DNA of 64,000 nucleotides from Eledone cirrhosa (Eukaryota). A program made the position numbers and the translations under genes. The stretch is from NCBI GenBank assembly GCA_964016885.1, contig OZ024741.1:254758001-254822000 (forward strand), written 5' to 3'. This document shows, piece after piece, positions 58,092 to 64,000 of this stretch (position 1 is its first letter; every line of letters begins with the position of its first letter). The notes beneath the pieces were generated by a model. The model was given only the letters and a program-made list of their open reading frames with translations, was not told the DNA's origin and ran no database searches.

Positions 58092-59099
58092 GTTTCGCTT
58101 TACGAGTGTTTCGACTTACGAGTGTTTCGACATACGAGTGTTTCGACTTACGAATGTTTTTGCTTACGGGTGTTTCGACTTACGAATGTTTTTGCTTACG
58201 AGTGTTTCGGTTTACGAGTGTTCCGACTTACGAGTGTTCCGACTTACGAGTGTTTCGGCTTACGAGTGTTTCCGGCTTACGAGTGTTTCGACTTACGAGT
58301 GTTTCGACTTACGAGTGTTTTGACTTACGGGTGTTTTGACTTACGGGTGTTGTGAATTACGAGTGTTCCGATTTACGAGTGTTTTGACTTGAGGGTTTTC
58401 GACTTACGAGTGTTTCGATACGAGTGTTTCGACTTACGAGTGTTCTGACTTACGAGTGTTCTGATTTACGGATGTTTTGACACACGAGTGTTTCGAATTA
58501 CGAGTGTTTCGACTTACGAGTGTTTTGACTTACGGGTGTTTTGACATACGAGTGTTTCGATACGAGTGTTTCGACTTACGAGTGTTCTGACTTACGAGTG
58601 TTCTGACTTACGAGTGTTTCGGCTTACGAGTGTTTCCGGCTTACGAGTGTTTCGACTTACGAGTGTTTGGACTTACGAGTGTTTTGACTTACGGTGTTTC
58701 GGCTTACGAGTGATTAGACTTACGAGTGTTTTGACTTACGGGTGTTTTGACTTACGGGTGTTGTGAATTACGAGTGTTCCGATTTACGAGTGTTTTGACT
58801 TACGGTGTTTCGGCTTACAAGTGATTCGACTTACGAATGTTTTGACTTACGGGTGTTTCGGCTTGCGAGTGTTTCGACTTACGAGTGTTTCGGCTTATGA
58901 GTGGTTCGACTTACTAATGTTTTTACTTACGAGTGTTTCGGCGTACGAGTGTTTTGACTTACGAGTGTTTCGACTTACGAGTGTTTTGACTTACGAATGT
59001 TTTGACTTACGGGTGTTTCGGCTTACGAGTGTTTCGAATTACGAGTGTTTCGTCTTGCGAGTGTTTCGACTTACTAATGTTTTTACGTACGAGTGTTTC

Positions 59100-61200
59100 G
59101 GCGTACGAGTGTTTCGACTTACGAGTGTTTCGACTTACGGGTGTTTTGACTTAGGGGTGTTTCGGCTTACGAGTGTTTCGACTTACGAGTGTTTTGACTT
59201 AAGGGTGTTTCGACTTACGAGTGTTTCGACTTACGAGTGTTTCGACTTACGAGTGTTTCGACTTACGGGTGTTTCGACTTACGAGTGTTTTGGCTTACGG
59301 TGTTTCGACTTACGAGTGTTTCGACTTACGAGTGTTTTGACTTAAGGGTGTTTCGACTTACGAGTATTTCGATACGAGTGTTTCGGCTTACGAGTGTTTC
59401 GACTTACGAGTGTTTCGACTTACGAGTGTTCTGATTTACGGATGTTTCGACATACGAGTGTTTCGACTTACGAGTGTTTCGACTTACGAGTGTTCTGACT
59501 TACGAGCGTTCTGACTTACGAGTGTTTCGGCTTACGAGTGTTTCGGCGTACGAATGTTTCGACTTACGAGTGTTTCGACTTACGGGTGTTTTGACTTACG
59601 GGTGTTTCGGCTTACGAGTGTTTCGACTTACGAGTGTTTCGACTTACGGGTGTTTCGATTACGAGTGTTTTGGCTTACGGTGTTTCGACTTACGAGTGTT
59701 TCGGCTTACGAGTGTTTTGACTTAAGGGTGTTTCGACTTACGAGTGTTTCGATACGAGTGTTTCGACTTACGAGTGTTTCGGCTTACGAGTGTTTCGACT
59801 TACGGGTGTTTTGACTTAGGGGTGTTTCAGCTTACGAGTGTTTCGACTTACGAGTGTTTTGACTTAAGGGTGTTTCGACTTACGAGTGTTTCGACTTACG
59901 AGTGTTTCGACTTACGGGTGTTTCGACTTACGAGTGTTTTGGCTTACGGTGTTTCGACTTACGAGTGTTTCGACTTACGAGTGTTTTGACTTAAGGGTGT
60001 TTCGACTTACGAGTATTTCGATACGAGTGTTTCGGCTTACGAGTGTTTCGACTTACGAGTGTTTCGACTTACGAGTGTTCTGATTTACGGATGTTTCGAC
60101 ATACGAGTGTTTCGACTTACGAGTGTTTCGACTTACGAGTGTTTTGACTTACGGGTGTTTTGACATACGAGTGTTTCGATGCGAGTGTTTCGACTTACGA
60201 GTGTTCTGACTTACGAGCGTTCTGACTTACGAGTGTTTCGGCTTACGAGTGTTTCGGCGTACGAATGTTTCGACTTACGAGTGTTTCGACTTACGAGTGT
60301 TTCGACTTACGGGTGTTTCGATTACGAGTGTTTTGGCTTACGGTGTTTCGACTTACGAGTGTTTCGGCTTACGAGTGTTTTGACTTAAGGGTGTTTCGAC
60401 TTACGAGTGTTTCGATACGAGTGTTTCGACTTACGAGTGTTTCGGCTTACGAGTGTTTCGACTTACGGGTGTTTTGATTTAGGGGTGTTTCAGCTTACGA
60501 GTGTTTCGACTTACGAGTGTTTTGACTTAAGGGTGTTTCGACTTACGAGTGTTTCGACTTACGAGTGTTTCGACTTACGGGTGTTTCGACTTACGAGTGT
60601 TTTGGCTTACGGTGTTTCGACTTACGAGTGTTTCGACTTACGAGTGTTTTGACTTAAGGGTGTTTCGACTTACGAGTATTTCGATACGAGTGTTTCGGCT
60701 TACGAGTGTTTCGACTTACGAGTGTTTCGACTTACGAGTGTTCTGATTTACGGATGTTTCGACATACGAGTGTTTCGACTTACGAGTGTTTCGACTTACG
60801 AGTGTTTTGACTTACGGGTGTTTTGACATACGAGTGTTTCGATGCGAGTGTTTCGACTTACGAGTGTTCTGACTTACGATTGTTCTGACTTACGAGCGTT
60901 CTGACTTACGAGTGTTTCGGCTTACGAGTGTTTCGGCGTACGAGTGTTTCGACTTACGAGTGTTTCGACTTACGGGTGTTTTGACTTACGGGTGTTTCGG
61001 CTTACGAGTGTTTCGACTTACGAGTGTTTCGACTTACGGGTGTTTCGATTACGAGTGTTTTGGCTTACGGTGTTTCGACTTACGAGTGTTTCGGCTTACG
61101 AGTGTTTTGACTTAAGGGTGTTTCGACTTACGAGTGTTTCGATACGAGTGTTTCGACTTACGAGTGTTTCGGCTTACGAGTGTTTCGACTTACGAGTGTT
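59100..61200 (+). repeat. Higher-order repeat, about 3 x 650-665 bp, spacer-free
   Basis: TTAGGGGTG landmark at 59151, 59816 and 60479; ORF offsets 59744/60407 and 59886/60549 = 663. Confidence 0.8.
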
Positions 61201-61340
61201 TCGACTTACGAGTGTTTCGAGTTAAGAGTGTTCTGACTTACGAGTATTTTGACTTACGAGTGTTCTGACTTACGAGTGTTCCGACTTTACTAGTGTTTCG
61301 GCTCACGAGTGTTTCGGCTTACGAGTGTTTCGACTTACGA

Positions 61341-61409
61341 AAACAACATATAGACGCGGTTTCAAATCTCTATGCTTTTCAAATTCATTACATTAATCTT
61401 TATTTATAC
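61341..61409 (+). repeat. 69-bp spacer, haplotype B (copy 31 of 31)
   Basis: Starts AAACAACATATAGACGCGG; its flanks duplicate those of 58023 at offset 3318. Confidence 0.95.
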
Positions 61410-64000
61410 GTTTCGCTTTACGAGTGTTTCGACTTACGAGTGTTTCGACATACGAGTGTTTCGACTTACGAATGTTTTTGCTTACGGGTGTTTCGACTTA
61501 CGAATGTTTTTGCTTACGAGTGTTTCGGTTTACGAGTGTTCCGACTTACAAGTGTTCCGACTTACGAGTGTTTCGGCTTACGAGTGTTTCCGGCTTACGA
61601 GTGTTTCGACTTACGAGTGTTTCGACTTACGAGTGTTTTGACTTACGGGTGTTTTGACATACGGGTGTTGTGAATTACGAGTGTTCCGATTTACGAGTGT
61701 TTTGACTTGAGGGTTTTCGACTTACGAGTGTTTCGATACGAGTGTTTCGACTTACGAGTGTTCTGACTTACGAGTGTTCTGATTTACGGATGTTTTGACA
61801 CACGAGTGTTTCGAATTACGAGTGTTTCGACTTACGAGTGTTATGACTTACGGGTGTTTTGACATACGAGTGTTTCGATACGAGTGTTTCGACTTACGAG
61901 TGTTCTGACTTACGAGTGTTCTGACTTACGAGTGTTTCGGCTTACGAGTGTTTCCGGCTTACGAGTGTTTCGACTTACGAGTGTTTCGACTTACGAGTGT
62001 TTTGACTTACGGTGTTTCGGCTTACGAGTGATTAGACTTACGAGTGTTTTGACTTACGGGTGTTTTGACTTACGGGTGTTGTGAATTACGAGTGTTCCGA
62101 TTTACGAGTGTTTTTACTTACGGTGTTTCGGCTTACAAGTGATTCGACTTACGAATGTTTTGACTTACGGGTGTTTCGGCTTGCGAGTGTTTCGACTTAC
62201 GAGTGTTTCGGCTTATGAGTGTTTCGACTTACTAATGTTTTTACTTACGTGTGTTTCGGCGTACGAGTGTTTTGACTTACGAGTGTTTCGACTTACGAGT
62301 GTTTTGACTTACGAATGTTTTGACTTACGGGTGTTTCGGCTTACGAGTGTTTCGACTTACGAGTGTTTCGGCTTGCGAGTGTTTCGACTTACTAATGTTT
62401 TTACTTACGAGTGTTTCGGCGTACGAGTGTTTCGACTTACGAGTGTTTCGACTTACGGGTGTTTTGACTTACGGTGTTTCGGCTTACGAGTGTTTCGACT
62501 TACGAGTGTTTTGACTTAAGGGTGTTTCGACTTACGAGTGTTTCGACTTACGAGGGTTTCGACTTACGGGTGTTTCGACTTACGAGTGTTTTGGCTTACG
62601 GTGTTTCGACTTACGAGTGTTTCGACTTACGAGTGTTTTGACTTAAGGGTGTTTCGACTTACGGGTGTTTTGGCTTACGGTGTTTCGACTTACGAGTATT
62701 TCGATACGAGTGTTTCGGCTTACGAGTGTTTCGACTTACGAGTGTTCTGATTTACGGATGTTTCGACATACGAGTGTTTCGACTTACGAGTGTTTCGACT
62801 TACGAGTGTTTTGACTTACGGGTGTTTTGACATACGAGTGTTTCGATGCGAGTGTTTCGACTTACGAGTGTTCTGACTTACGATTGTTCTGACTTACGAG
62901 CGTTCTGACTTACGAGTGTTTCGGCTTACGAGTGTTTCGGCGTACGAGTGTTTCGACTTACGAGTGTTTCGACTTACGGGTGTTTTGACTTACGGGTGTT
63001 TCGGCTTACGAGTGTTTCGACTTACGAGTGTTTCGACTTACGGGTGTTTCGATTACGAGTGTTTTGGCTTACGGTGTTTCGACCTACGAGTGTTTCGGCT
63101 TGTGAGTGTTTTGACTTAAGGGTGTTTCGACTTACGAGTGTTTCGATACGAGTGTTTCGACTTACGAGTGTTTCGGCTTACGAGTGTTTCGACTTACGGG
63201 TGTTTTGACTTAGGGGTGTTTCAGCTTACGAGTGTTTCGACTTACGAGTGTTTTGACTTAAGGGTGTTTCGACTTACGAGTGTTTCGACTTACGAGTGTT
63301 TCGAGTTACGGGTGTTTCGACTTACGAGTGTTTTGGCTTACGGTCTTTCGACTTACGAGTGTTTCGACTTACGAGTGTTTTGACTTAAGGGTGTTTCGAC
63401 TTACGAGTATTTCGATACGAGTGTTTCGGCTTACGAGTGTTTCGACTTACGAGTGTTTCGACTTACGAGTGTTCTGATTTACGGATGTTTCGACATACGA
63501 GTGTTTCGACTTACGAGTGTTTCGGCTTACGAGTGTTTCGGCGTACGAGTGTTTCGACTTACGAGTGTTTCGACTTACGGGTGTTTTGACTTACGGGTGT
63601 TTCGGCTTACGAGTGTTTCGACTTACGAGTGTTTCGACTTACGGGTGTTTCGATTACGAGTGTTTTGGCTTACGGTGTTTCGACTTACGAGTGTTTCGGC
63701 TTACGAGTGTTTTGACTTAAGGGTGTTTCGACTTACGAGTGTTTCGATACGAGTGTTTCGACTTACGAGTGTTTCGGCTTACGAGTGTTTCGACTTACGA
63801 GTGTTTCGACTTACGAGTGTTCTGATTTACGGATGTTTCGACATACGAGTGTTTCGACTTACGAGTGTTTCGACTTACGAGTGTTCTGACTTACGATTGT
63901 TCTGACTTACGAGCGTTCTGACTTACCAGTGTTTCGGCTTACGAGTGTTTCGGCTTACGAGTGTTTCGACTTACGAGTGTTTCGACTTACGAGTGTTCCG

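Larger units (their letters stand above)
45950..58500 (+). repeat. Long-range duplicate of about 25970-36410 (offset about 19976 rising to 22226), containing an extra 2218-bp unit
   Basis: Offsets: 26127/46103 and 27003/46979 = 19976; 30222/52448, 31260/53486, 32657/54883 and 34028/56254 = 22226. Rare variants are shared between the two segments. Confidence 0.85.
1..64000 (+). repeat. 16-bp tandem satellite array, consensus GACTTACGAGTGTTTC, single orientation, extends past both window ends
   Basis: The monomer is visible on every line. Main variants are TTTCGA/TTTCGG/TTTTGA/TTCTGA/TTCCGA at the junction and TACGAG/TACGGG/TATGAG/TACGAA in the core, plus recurrent 14-, 15- and 17-bp indel monomers. 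No inverted segment was seen. Confidence 0.99.

Noticed and set aside
926-61409. CRISPR array (conserved segment containing GTTTCAA / TTGAAAC separated by variable sequence)
   Set aside because: The conserved segment is 69 bp, the intervals are 0.3-6 kb of satellite and not unique 25-45 bp spacers, and there are no cas genes or leader.
957-63905. All ORFs in the supplied track as genes
   Set aside because: They are translations of the 16-bp repeat and spacer in arbitrary frames, overlap in all three + frames, switch frame freely through indel monomers and show no recognisable domain.
1-64000. Telomerase-made telomeric repeat
   Set aside because: The consensus has no G-rich strand or G runs, and kb-scale duplicated variant patterns with embedded spacers indicate recombinational amplification. 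The scattered TTAGGG hexamers are point variants of TTACGGG.
1-64000. Canonical CENP-B boxes
   Set aside because: TTCG and CGGG are 5 nt apart here versus 7 nt in the canonical box, so the motif is kept only as a resemblance.
1-64000. Whole window as a sequencing or assembly artefact
   Set aside because: The hierarchical, graded divergence with shared and private variants is typical of real satellite evolution. Only the 4592-bp pair needs read-level confirmation.

Overview
The whole 64 kb window is one head-to-tail tandem array (satellite-type DNA) of a 16-bp monomer, consensus GACTTACGAGTGTTTC. It has roughly 3,900 copies, all in the same orientation, and runs off both window edges. I found no credible protein-coding gene, RNA gene, CRISPR array or intact transposon. 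The ORF track is a by-product of the repeat: three monomers (48 bp) translate to YECFDLRVFRLTSVST without a stop on the + strand, while the - strand carries TAA in every consensus monomer. The array is interrupted 31 times by a nearly invariant 69-bp AT-rich spacer (three haplotypes), always at the same position inside a monomer. Monomer variants are ordered into nested higher-order repeats of about 0.66, 1.39, 1.87, 2.22, 4.54 and 4.59 kb, plus a duplication at a 20-22 kb offset. This looks like eukaryotic heterochromatic or possibly centromeric satellite. An origin from pogo/Tigger-type terminal motifs is an unverified hypothesis. The organism cannot be identified from the sequence. Block boundaries were read by eye and are approximate.
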